DNA of 57,731 nt, taken from Lama guanicoe (Eukaryota). The translations under genes and the position numbers were made by a program. Of this stretch, positions 1-10,419 are shown piece by piece (position 1 is the stretch's first letter; the number at the start of each line of letters is the position of its first letter). The DNA lies in NCBI GenBank assembly GCA_013239625.1, contig MU053379.1, positions 5,456,714 to 5,514,444 on the forward strand. The letters are read 5' to 3'. The notes below the pieces were generated by a model. The model ran no database searches. It was given only the letters and a program-made list of their open reading frames with translations, and had not been told where the DNA came from.

Positions 1-89
1 CATTATCTTATTTACTCTACTACAATGTAGATGATTAATGGTCAACATCTTAAAAAAAAAAAGTTGATGTCTGCAGGAGAAACTGGAGA

Positions 90-250
90 TCAGACTCTGT
101 ACCTTGGGCAAGTTACTTAAGCCCTCTGAGCCTATTTTTGCATCTGAAAAATAGACATAACAATAGTACCTGACTCACTGCGTTGAGGTGACAATTAAAC
201 GAGATTATGCATGTGATGTATTTACAACAGTGCCTGGCACTTTGAAGACC
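90..250 (+). mobile_element. MIR SINE
   Basis: Core ccttgggcaagttacttaa.ccctctgagcct...acagtgcctggcac. Confidence 0.8.
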
Positions 251-336
251 TGTCAGATGTTATTTGCATCATACTACAGCCCGAAGTGGTCAGGGAGAAA
301 TAACAGTCCATGAAACTGCAACTCTCCCCTGACTAC

Positions 337-386
337 CTCATATCTGTAGATCCTGTAGATTCCCATTTCATCAGATCCAATATGAG
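337..386 (-). other. Exon-like 50-nt segment, gene unidentified
   Basis: Strong polypyrimidine acceptor tttcgtttatcttttattcctgcag and donor GAG|gtagtc. No product recognised. Confidence 0.4.
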
Positions 387-532
387 CTGCAGGAATAAAA
401 GATAAACGAAACTTAAGAACTGCCACTGTGACAAACCCCCAGCCGATCCAGTCCAAGACTAGGAGTCAGTATGAAAATGGAAAGCTCTGTTTGCTATGGT
501 TGCTACAGTTTGGCACTTTTTAGCACACATAC

Positions 533-679
533 TCAATTATGAAGCTGTATAAATGTAACCACACCAGGAGCCAGACCTCCAAGTAGCTGCAAACTGCGGT
601 GGACTTTGGTTTGACTGGAAAACATGTCACAGGAGACAATACTGTCCGGTGGTAAAGGTCAGCCTTCCCCAGGCACATT
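533..679 (-). other. Exon-like segment with apparently mutated acceptor, gene unidentified
   Basis: Long polypyrimidine tract ending ttttacaa (AA where AG is expected) and downstream donor ga|gtatgt. Non-repetitive, balanced composition. Confidence 0.3.
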
Positions 680-1379
680 TGTAAAAACAAAAGAGAAACA
701 AAATGAGAATTCAAAAACAGGTAACATCCATTACGTGCTTGCTATTGTGTTAAATGTTTCTATGTATTACCTCATCTACTAAACTTCACAACAATCTTCC
801 AAGCCTGAACTTCCCCACTGGAAACCACAACCCCACTGGGATGATCTCATTTTACGTTCACGACTCCACATCTCAAACGGGCACTCAGCACTGCCTAGCA
901 AACCAACTCCATTTCCCTAGTGAGTTCACTTTCCCACTCTTCAGAGGGACCCTTACATGTGTTTCCTCCCTGTTCTAACAGATCTCTTCCCTGCTCCCCT
1001 GCTGCCCTAACTCTCAGCCAGTGACCACCTTCACAGACAGATGGGGCCTCTTCCACCCACCTGCACCTGCACCCGTTTTTTTCGGCTTCCCCTCTAGTCA
1101 CAATGCAGTATCATTTCCTGCCCATTTTAAAGCCAACTACTCACCTGCTCTGGAGTTTCCTCCCCTCAGTTATTCAAATATTTCTCCCTTTCTATGAGTT
1201 CAATCCCACTGGCATATAAGCATATTCTGAATTTCTCTTGTCTTAAAAACAAAATTCCACTTGACCTTAAGGCCCCATCTATTGCACTAAAGTTGTTCTT
1301 GTTAAAATGATTAAAATCCTCCTAATTGCCAAACCATCTTGCACGGTAGCACTCACCATGGCTGACCACCAGCTCCCTC

Positions 1380-2046
1380 TCTTTTTACCTTCCCTTTCTC
1401 TTTTCTCTGTCTACTTTCCACCTAGGTAGTTTCACCCAGTCCCTTAGTTTAAATACCACCTATATGGTGACCACTCCAAAGGCCAGTTCTAGCCCTAACA
1501 CCCTCCAGGACTTCAGCTTCAAATTTCCAATGGCCTGTTTGATGTCTCAACTTAAAAATCTACTAGGTGACTTATGTACATTTTACCACTAAATAAATAA
1601 ATAAATCCACCAAGCGATTGACAGATGGAGAGAGGGATTGAGAGATGCATAGATCTGTGAAAAAACCAGTGCAACTAAATATTAATGGTAGGGTCTAGGT
1701 GGTGGGTGTATGGAGTTCCCTATAAAATTCTTTCTAACTATATTGTTCATGTGTTGCATCTTGGAAAAAACCTACTAGGCATCTCAAACCTAAGATACCC
1801 AAGACATAATTCTCGACTCCACCTATTCCAAAAATGAAACCTAACTCACCTACAGTTTTCCCCATCTCATTAAACAGCAAGGCAAAACCCCAGAACTCAG
1901 CCTTGACTGGCTCTCTCCCACCTGGAATGTAAGTCCCTGAAGGAGGGACCTTGCCTATCTTGTTCGTAGGTATTTTCAGCTTCTAGAACAGTCCTGGTAC
2001 ACAGGAGGTGTTTAAAAATAGCTGTGGAATTAATCATGAATTAATG
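1380..2046 (+). mobile_element. Old LINE-2 fragments (with an interrupting old L1 piece at about 1585-1770)
   Basis: L2 motifs aggcatctcaaacct, ttccccatctca and the 3' end tagaacagtcctggtacacaggaggtg...tgaattaatg. Confidence 0.6.
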
Positions 2047-2199
2047 CCCTGTTTCTCTCTGGGCCACTCGGCCTGTAGTAGAGAATAACCTTTGTTTTTA
2101 CTGGCCTGTCGTGCGGCAAGCAGAACGAGTTTGGACTCGGCAACAAACCCTCACTGGTCCTTGAGTGAGAATGGAGCTCCTGGCCCCCAAACCTCCTCA

Positions 2200-2890
2200 G
2201 CCCAGGAAGCAGGGACCGGTGAGCTAGCACCCGACTATGGCTTCTTACCAATCACAGCAGTTCCACGCGCTTCAGCGAGAGTTCAAGGTCTTTCTTTACC
2301 ACAGAGCCAAAGCGCTCCCTGTCCCAAACCTGTCGCGCACAGCACCCACAACACGTGTGGCAGCAAGGCGCGGCACCACGCCGCCCTGGCTGTCTCCGCC
2401 GGAGGCTGCGGCGCGCTCTGGCCTCACCCTGCCCAGGGCCCACCCGAAACCTGCCCAGGGGGCCTGTCTGTGGCTGGGGCCACAGCCCACACCTTACACC
2501 TTCAGCCCCTGGGCATCAGCGGCACCTGCCTCTCAAGACCATTAGGTGGGCCCAACTCTGCCCTCTCACACCCCGGCACGGACGCCCCTCAACTCCCCGC
2601 CCCAGCCCCCAGTATCTCTCCTCACCTGGCCCTGCCGCACCCAGCCTCGCCCGAACCGCCCCACCTGCCAACCGCCCACCTCGCGAGTTGGGTTCTCAGG
2701 CCCACCGGACCTGCGGGATCGGTGCCATCCAATCCTGGAGGCTCCCGCGAGCCTGCGCACTGGAGCCTCACTCTGCGCCTGCGCCCCCTGCTGCCAGGCC
2801 GGAGGCGGCAGTGCTTCCCCCTGCTGGCCCTCCGAAGCACTGCAGCGGTCTCCTCGGATCCAGTGGTAGATTCGCTGCGGCTGCCACCGC
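2200..2890. promoter_or_regulatory. Second CpG-rich promoter-like segment (unidentified gene)
   Basis: High GC and CpG density. NRF1-type TGCGCCTGCGC (2774-2784) overlaps a CTCF-like GCGCCCCCTGCTGCCA (2781-2796). GC boxes are present, as is a minus-strand donor CAG|gtgag at about 2621-2628. Confidence 0.55.
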
Positions 2891-3107
2891 CCTGTCTCTG
2901 TCTCCTCCCAAGCCAGGCTCATAATGCCAGCAACTCTCTGAGCCATGCCCACATCCTAAACCACTGAGGACTGCGTTCTCTTGGGGTGATCGCCTGGTTC
3001 ACACCTGCCTCTAAGTGATCTGACAGCCTGTTCCCAGAAGGGGCAGGGCCCTGGTCCAAGCCCACCAGCACCAACCATGGGGGACCCACAGCATGCAGGA
3101 CTCTTAC

Positions 3108-3247
3108 TGGCTTTGGCGGTTTCAGCTTCTGCCGCCGCCTCCTCTTCCAAGCTCTCCCAGCTGCTAATGGGGTCTGACATACGGGTCTTCCTGGCCTACA
3201 GCGCTACATCTTCCTCCGCCTTCCACTTCTGGCCAACCTCCGAGGTG
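3108..3247 (-). pseudogene. TCOF1: TCOF1 pseudogene exon 3 (140 nt) with premature stop
   Basis: Acceptor cttgtcttgcag, donor gtaagag. Translates [45 protein letters not shown] versus human [46 protein letters not shown]. TAG at 3196-3198 replaces Gln. Confidence 0.95.
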
Positions 3248-6067
3248 CTGCAAGACAAGCGTGACTGGCTATCCTAACCGCGTGACCAGGACAACCCAGG
3301 AGAGTTGAAAAGGAAGATTTTCCCACATCCTCTCTGACCCAAAAGGAAACACGCAAAATAAGAGTTTAAACAGCGATGAAAGACAGTGTAGATACAATTT
3401 TGCGTTCTGTATTTTCACTCATTTCTCGTGTTTTTACAATTGTCTTTTAATCTTCAAAATAATCGGGAAAGATGGAAAACACGTAACACCAGCAGCTAAC
3501 CATCACTGAGCAGTTAAGGCTGGCACTGCAGACACCTGACACAACCATGGGGCTCCTCCCGGTAGAACTTGTGGCACCCACAGTATCCTCTTTCTGGAAG
3601 AGTCTGCCCAGGTCCCTCTTGTCTTCAGGCCTCAACTCCATTACAGCCTCCTCCAAGAGGCCCTCCCTGATCACCTTCCCCTCCCCAAGACATCTCTACC
3701 ACACCATCCTGTTTCACTTTCTTCAGAGCGTTTTTCTCCCTCCTGGTATTTTATCTACTTCCTGCTCGATGCCCCCACTACACAGTCAGGCTCCAGGGGG
3801 GCTGGAAGGAACCTTCTCTGCTCACTACAGCCCCTCAAGTGCACAGCACGAGTCTCACAGCTAAGTGACTTGCCCAGGGTGAAAGAGTAAGTCTATGGCT
3901 CTGTGCAGGATAAGCACCCAGGTGGCTGGGTTGCCAGGACTTTCATGTATCATCTTCTCTGACCCCAGCTTCCCAACCCCAAGGGAGTCTCTGTCTGACC
4001 CATGTTCTCCAGCTGGGACAGACGTTGGCCTGCCACAGTTTGGGATGTGCTGCTCAGTCCCTTGTTTCCAGAAAGGCCACCTGTTGGGAATCTTCTGCAA
4101 ATACAGGTTTCATTTATTATGCCTATCAGTTCTTTCTGCCTCTCTCCTCCCAACAGAATGTAAGTTTGACAAAGGCATAGATTTTTCTCTGGTTTGTTCC
4201 CTGCTATGTCTAGAACAGTCCTAGCTCACAGTAGGTGCTCAATATACTGGGGGGGGGGACATATCTCCAATGCCCAGGTTTAGCACTCTCGGTACTATTA
4301 TTATCCTCATTTAACAGATGAAGACAGACTTGGGGAGGCCAAATTTGTCCAGGGTCCTATAGCTTGTTGCTCGGTTTGAACTACTAGGCCAGAAACGATG
4401 AGGCTAGGTTGGCTCTGGTGGGTGTATGGTCCTTGTCCCATAGAAGGGGCCAGGGGCAGGGAAGGGCATGTGGTGCGGCTCACTGAAGCAGTTCTCTGGG
4501 GAAGGAAGTGCTGTGCAAACCCCCAGACACCTAGGCAAGACGGAGAGGGTCTGGAAGAGGAAGTGGGGGTGTGCCCTGTGCTCCCTCAGCAGCAGAGGAG
4601 AGCTAAGCCCTGAGGACTGCCAGGGCTCTCCCCTGGAAGCTGGGGTCCCTTTCACACCATTGCCTGCCTTTGTTTACACACCTCTGATGACAGGGAACTC
4701 ACTGCTCCACTGTAGTCTCATCATTTTTGGAGCGCTCTCATGACAAACTGCTTACGCTCAGAAGCTGAAACCTGCCTTCCTAAAGATAGATACGCATGGG
4801 TCCCACTTCAGTCTCTCAGGCCCAGAGAACATTCCACTCCCTTTGTCCTCAAAGATGTGCAAACCGTGGTCCCTCACTTGCCCCTTTGCCATTTCTTTTC
4901 CATCCTGACAACTCAGGATTTACTATCCCTCCTCATGGGACACGACTGCAGGTCCTTCACTCCCCGAGCTGGCTGTGGTCAGGTCAGTTCATGGAGAAAA
5001 CAATTATCCCCTCTTTCATTCTCAAACCATTCCTCTGTTGATACACCCTTGGATCTCTCCCCTTTCCTTGTTTTACAGGTTTCACGGGCATTCCACATCC
5101 AACATGTCCTTGAAATCTTTCCTTTCAAATTAGGTTTCTTCCTTTCAAGTGTACAAGCCAGACACTGGGAGTCACTAGATTGCCTTTCCAAACCACCCAC
5201 AGACACTGGTCTCATCCTCTACCATTCCTGGAATCTACCGTCTACTCCTCTGTTACTCCTGTCTCAAGCCCCATCAGCTCTTGCCTGGATGATGTTATCC
5301 GCCTAGTCATGCCATGCTGCAGAGTGCAGCACCGCTGTCCTCTTCACCCTTCGGTGGCCTCCACTGCTCTTGGGGCAAAGACGTAACCTCTCCCCATAGA
5401 TGATCAGGTCTTGCACCGGGTGGGCTCTGCCAACTGTCCAGCCTCATCTGTACCGTGCCTGAGGCTACAGGCCTCAGCACCCACAGTTCCCTCTGCAAGG
5501 TAGACTCCACCGGCCTCTCCACACCTACTGCCTAGTTCACTCCCCTACTCCCTGCAGCTCTCAGATCAAAGGTCACCTCAAGGAAGCCTCCCCTAAACCC
5601 CTAGATGAGGCTAAGCTCATCTGTTCCTGTGGTTTGGGCACCAGGCACCTCTTTCGCACTCCTCACTACTGTGGTCACTTTACACTCATGCATTTCACCC
5701 TTTGAGGCATGCTTACCTCCCAGACTCCACTGTCAGCTCCAAGGAAGAAGGAACATGTCTGTCTCTCTCATGACAATGGCTCTGTACTTAGAACGGAGAC
5801 TGGCATTCAGTAGGCACTCAACAAATGCTTATTGATTTAATGAATAGTAAGCTGCAGAGAAGCTTCTGTCCTTAAGAGACACTGATCACAGCTCTGTGTC
5901 CTCTCCCACTACCAGACACCCGTATCTGCGATCTGGCTTCCTGGAGGTGGTAACAGTACCTACAGTGGGCTGTGGGGACAGATCTTAGCCCAGAGTGCAT
6001 CCTAGTTGATTCCAAGCTGGTAGCTTGGGATGTCCATACACCACAATTTCAGCCAGGTGAGACTTAC

Positions 6068-6123
6068 TGTTGCCAGTGTGTATAGGTGTCCAGAAGGGTT
6101 ACAGGCTGAGTCATGAAACTTTT
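6068..6123 (-). pseudogene. TCOF1: TCOF1 pseudogene exon 2 (56 nt)
   Basis: Acceptor ttctctgcag, donor gtaagtc. Translates KSFMTQPVTLLDTYTHWQ versus human KCFLAQPVTLLDIYTHWQ. The 56-nt length and phase match human exon 2 as I recall it. Confidence 0.95.
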
Positions 6124-8099
6124 CTGCAGAGAAGTAAAGAGAAAGCAGCAATTAACCCCCAAGTACAGTTAAGGGTCCTCCTTATTCTCCCTGGGCCCCA
6201 CTCTTAGGACCTCATGACCAGCCCAGGTGGGTGAGAAGGTGGTCTTCATGCTCTGGGAAATATGTCTGCACAGCCCTGCCAGTACCACCCAAACCTTCCA
6301 GAGACAAGCAGGGGAAATATTTCCAGCTAAACCCTTTTACACTAAAACACTGGTGAGAAGTATTTTTGAGAGAAGTTGGTTGTTCCAGAGAGAGTTGGAA
6401 TGTTCCAGGCTAGCATTTATCCAGACCCCCGTCTCCCGGGCACTTTCCAGGTTTTGGGGACACATGACAGGGCTTTTTCCACCCGCTGACCTTTCGAAAG
6501 GCTTTCCAAGGCCAGTCTGGTCAATCTCCCCAGGACAGTAAGAACCACCGTCCAGACACCCGAGGCAATCCAGGTGACACAGCTGTAGTCCACTCATCTA
6601 CTGGGAAGAGACTGGAACCAAATGGTACCAATCCTTTGGTAGAAGCAGAGGCCTATGAAGCCAAGATCAGAAGCCTACTCTTTCTGTAAATGTCAAGAAC
6701 CTGGGGTGCCAAGTGCCCCAAGGAGGCTGAATGAGTAATGTGGGGCGAGGGCAGTGTCAGGGATCTGGGCAGAGTGGCGGAGGGTGCACTTGGAGTCGGG
6801 CAGAGTGCCTCTGTTAACTGGATGGGCCAATCTCTTCACCCCTTCAAACTTCATGTTCCTTTTTGGTAACATGAGGACAATAGCAGTACCCACCTAACAG
6901 GAGACAATGTAGTCAGTGCCCCCAATATGAGCCAGTAACACTGAGACTTCAAGGGTCAGTTTCACTCTTCTTGGGCCCCAGGCATACTGGCCTCCTCCGT
7001 GCCCCTCAAAAACATCAGGCCACCCCCCAGCATCAGGGCTCGCCATTCTTTCTGTCTGGAATGCTCCTTCCTGCCAAAGGCTCACTCCCTCACTTCCTCC
7101 AGGTCTCTGTCCAAATGTCACCTTCTCAGTGGGGCTTCCTGATCACCCCATTTATAATTTAACCCTGACATTCCTTATTTTCCCTGCCTGCCTTATTTTT
7201 ACAGCTAGCACCTACTATCACCTGACACTGTATCATTAACTTTTTAAAAACTCAGCCATCTGTCTGCTTCTGCTATAATGTATGCTCTACGAGAGGCCTG
7301 TATGCCTAGACAAATTCCCCAAAGAATATGGGTACTGCCTCCTGCCCCCTGCAGCTAATAAGTGATGCAACTGGAGTAAGAAGGGCAACTAAGGTCCAAA
7401 GAGGATTGGGAAAGGCATAGATAATGTTTTAGGGCCCATCACACTTTAGTCTCTCCAGGAGGTCCTGAGAGCAAGCCAGAGCATACACCACAGCTAAAGG
7501 GATACCGCCTACTTAGGTCAATAGCCACCATACCAGCTAAAAACCTTCCAGGGGCTGACCACTGCTCTTCAGGTGAAGCCCAAAGTGCCCACAGTAAGGT
7601 CCAGCCAGCTCCCTGCCTCTCTTCTCAGGGACCTGTATCACCTTTGTACTCCACACTTAGGCCACAAAGAACTTTCCAGAGACAAGTACAAAGGCAACAA
7701 TTTCCCTCTCACCACAGGGCATTTGCACCTCCCTTCTCTCAGATCTCAAAGCAATATCCACTTCCTCAGGAAAGCAGTCCTGGATATCCCTGACAGGGGC
7801 AATCTGCCATCCCTGTGTCTCTCATTCTTGGCACTTAACGCAGTGTTAACTGTACAGCTACTTTTGTGATTCTTTGATTTATGTCTATCTCCCTTACCAG
7901 ATTTAGACTGTAAACTCCAGGAGGGCTGGGGACCCCCGCTTACCATTCTATCATCAGCACCCTGAACGCCAGACTAACAGTTGCTGAGAGAATGGATGGG
8001 GTAAATAATGACTGCACCACAAGTTCGAATCCCAAAGCTGTCCGACTCAGTACAGAAGAGCTGCTAAGGCCTGAGCTCCATCTCAATTAAGGGGCCAGA

Positions 8100-8880
8100 A
8101 GCCCCTTCTCGGAATGGCGCTCTTTCGCCCCTCCAGGGCGGGTCGCAATCCACCCTTCAGACGCGCAGCAACCTTCTCACCCTAGGGGGCCGCGCCTACC
8201 CACGCGGCCCAAGACTTCGAAACTTTAAACCGCCGCTCCCAGGAAGCGGGTGGGGGTAGGGGCGCGGGAGTGACGAAGCCCTGCGCCTGGGATCTCACGT
8301 CCGGCTCGCCCACGGCACAGATGGGGAAACCGAGGCCCAGAGGCCCTGTGGGCAGCAGGGGCTGGGGGCAGAGGCTGAGGCTCCTTCGGCTCCCCTGCCC
8401 GCGTCCCGGCGCACCGCGGGATCCGGCTCTGGGCGCCCGCCAGGCCGCCAGGGGAGGGGGCGCAGGCAGTCTCCCTCCAGATCTCGCACGCGGCCCTCAC
8501 ACACGGCACGCTCTGCCCCTTCACTTCCCGCGCCGCGCGCACAGAGCCCGCCTGCAGCACACGCTAGTGGATCAGGGGAAGCAGCTCCCGCCGCTTCCCG
8601 GCCTCGGCCACGCCCGCGACCCCCAGCAGGAGGGCTTACCTGCACGCCCCGCTCAGTCCCCGCCCGCCACTTCCCGCTTGCCCTTAGACCTCGCGCGTCC
8701 CACTGCCGGCTCCGCCTCCGCTCCGGCCGCGCTGCACGCCGGGACGTGTAGTCTTACCTCCAGGCGTGGCTGGCCCCGCCCCGGCCCGTGAAAGGGGCGG
8801 AGACATGGAGGACAACGAGACCTCCCATTGGCGGGGGAGGACGTGGCCCGACTCGAACCCGCCCCCTGGGCCGGCCGTGA
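8100..8880 (-). promoter_or_regulatory. CpG island / TATA-less promoter of the TCOF1 copy
   Basis: Very GC- and CpG-rich. GC boxes at about 8775, 8794 and 8858, CCAAT (minus strand) at about 8827-8831, ZNF143/THAP11-type ACTACAnnTCCC motif (minus strand, 8741-8752) and an ETS-like ACTTCC at about 8669, all just upstream of exon 1. Confidence 0.8.
8501..8611 (-). pseudogene. TCOF1: TCOF1 (treacle) pseudogene, coding exon 1 (LisH-domain N-terminus)
   Basis: Minus strand translates (V)[32 protein letters not shown], matching human treacle [34 protein letters not shown]. The start codon is GTG (8609-8611) and there is an in-frame TAG (8564-8566). Candidate donor GTGAGG begins at 8500. Confidence 0.93.
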
Positions 8881-9751
8881 TATGAATGACTCCCTCTTAG
8901 ATCCTTCAGGCTTACTCCTTCAAGGAATTTGTCTTCCACTTAGAAGTCTGACAGCTGTGATCGGGTTTTACTCATCTCTGAATTTCCTAATCTGCATCTC
9001 TCTCTAGACCCGAACTTCCGGTTACCCACTCATTTATTCATTTCACAGATTTTTTAGAACCCATGAGCTATTTGTCGTCATTCATTCACTGTACAAATCC
9101 TTATTGAGCACCGTACTTTGGGCTAGCGCTTGGCTAGAATTGGGGGGTAAAAAGTTGAATAAGACCTGGGAGCTGCTCTCAAAGATCACAGGGCAGGAGA
9201 GAGACAATCGGTAACCAAGAAACTATGGTTCAGTGTCTTTCTGTGCATTGTCCGGAACAGGCACAGCCTATGAGAGCAGGAAGGAGGGGCCCCTAACCCC
9301 AAGAGACATCTAAGCTGATGCTTAAAGATGGAGTAGGAATTTCTAGGTGCAGAGGAGAGGACTGGCATTCCAGGCAGAGGGCACTGCATGAGTACAGACA
9401 GGAGAAACCACCCTGGTACAGGCTGGGAAACACAAACATAAAACCCAGTCTGTACTGCTGGGCTGTAGAGTTGGGGGGAAGAGGGAACGAGTGAGGGCAC
9501 AAAAGGATGGAGAAGTTAGCAGGGCCTATAGCACCCCCTTCTGCCAGAAGAGTTTGCACTTTGTTCCAAGGCAATATAGACTCTGACTGGTTTTATGCAG
9601 GAGGGTGACCTGGGTGTGTGTTTTTAAAAGACTGCCATGACCAAAGCATGGAGGATGGATTTGTGGAGAACAAAGCCGGACGTGAGGGTGCTGTGGCTGT
9701 GGTGAGGAGGTTGGCAGGGAAAGGGTGAGCTAGGCTGGGAAGCACATGAAT

Positions 9752-9906
9752 CACCGGTTCTCAACTTCGTGGACCCACTGATAAGCTGAAGACAACATGA
9801 ACAACCTAGCTTTTGCTGTAGAAAAATTTGAAGGTGTCCAAACCCATAACATTTTCCATCCAATTTTAGGACACATACCTGAACATCCTAGAGTTAGGAA
9901 CTGCTG
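9752..9906. mobile_element. Short hAT/Charlie-like DNA transposon remnant (MER type)
   Basis: Imperfect terminal inverted repeats caccggttctcaact ... agttaggaactgctg. Confidence 0.45.
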
Positions 9907-10179
9907 CTCCAGGAAGAAACAGGGACAGGACCAGGTGACCGTTGGGATGTGGTGAGTGAGGAAGAGGGAGGAGACTAACCTACATTCAGCTATTTAGCAA
10001 ATATTTACTGAGCACCTACTATTGGGGATAGAACTCTCTCTAGCCCAACAGAGTTTACAGTCTAATCTGGGAGACACAAACTAAACAAACAGTCATACAA
10101 ATACATTGTTACAACAGTAAGTGCAGAAAGGAAAAGGGTAGTGTTTTCTTATGGAATTGTAGAACGTTTAAAAGCCATG

Positions 10180-10370
10180 CTGGAGCCATAGGACTTGGGC
10201 TCAAACTCCAGCTTTGCCTCAGTAACCAGGCGACCTGGGGTGCATTACATAACTTCTCTGTGCCTTAGTTTCTTCACCTGTAAAGTAGAGATAATTATCA
10301 TTTCTAGCTCACAGGGTTGTCATGGGGAGTAAATCAGTGCTAAGCAGAAATGCACAGAAGAGTTGCAAAG
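10180..10370 (+). mobile_element. MIR SINE
   Basis: aacttctctgtgccttagtttcttcacctgtaaagtagagataat core. Confidence 0.7.
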
Positions 10371-10419
10371 GATAGTGCTGTGCTGGTGTGTGTATTACCA
10401 CTACTGTGGAAGCATTTGA

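Noticed and set aside
2092..2967. 291-aa and overlapping ORFs on both strands
   Set aside because: Pro/Ala/Gly-rich with no recognisable domain; several frames open at once is expected in GC-rich CpG-island DNA.
3108..8611. Functional TCOF1 gene or processed pseudogene
   Set aside because: Start loss plus two stops argue against function, and kb-sized introns exclude retrotransposition.
8270..8791. 173-aa plus-strand ORF
   Set aside because: Antisense shadow ORF of the GC-rich TCOF1 island.
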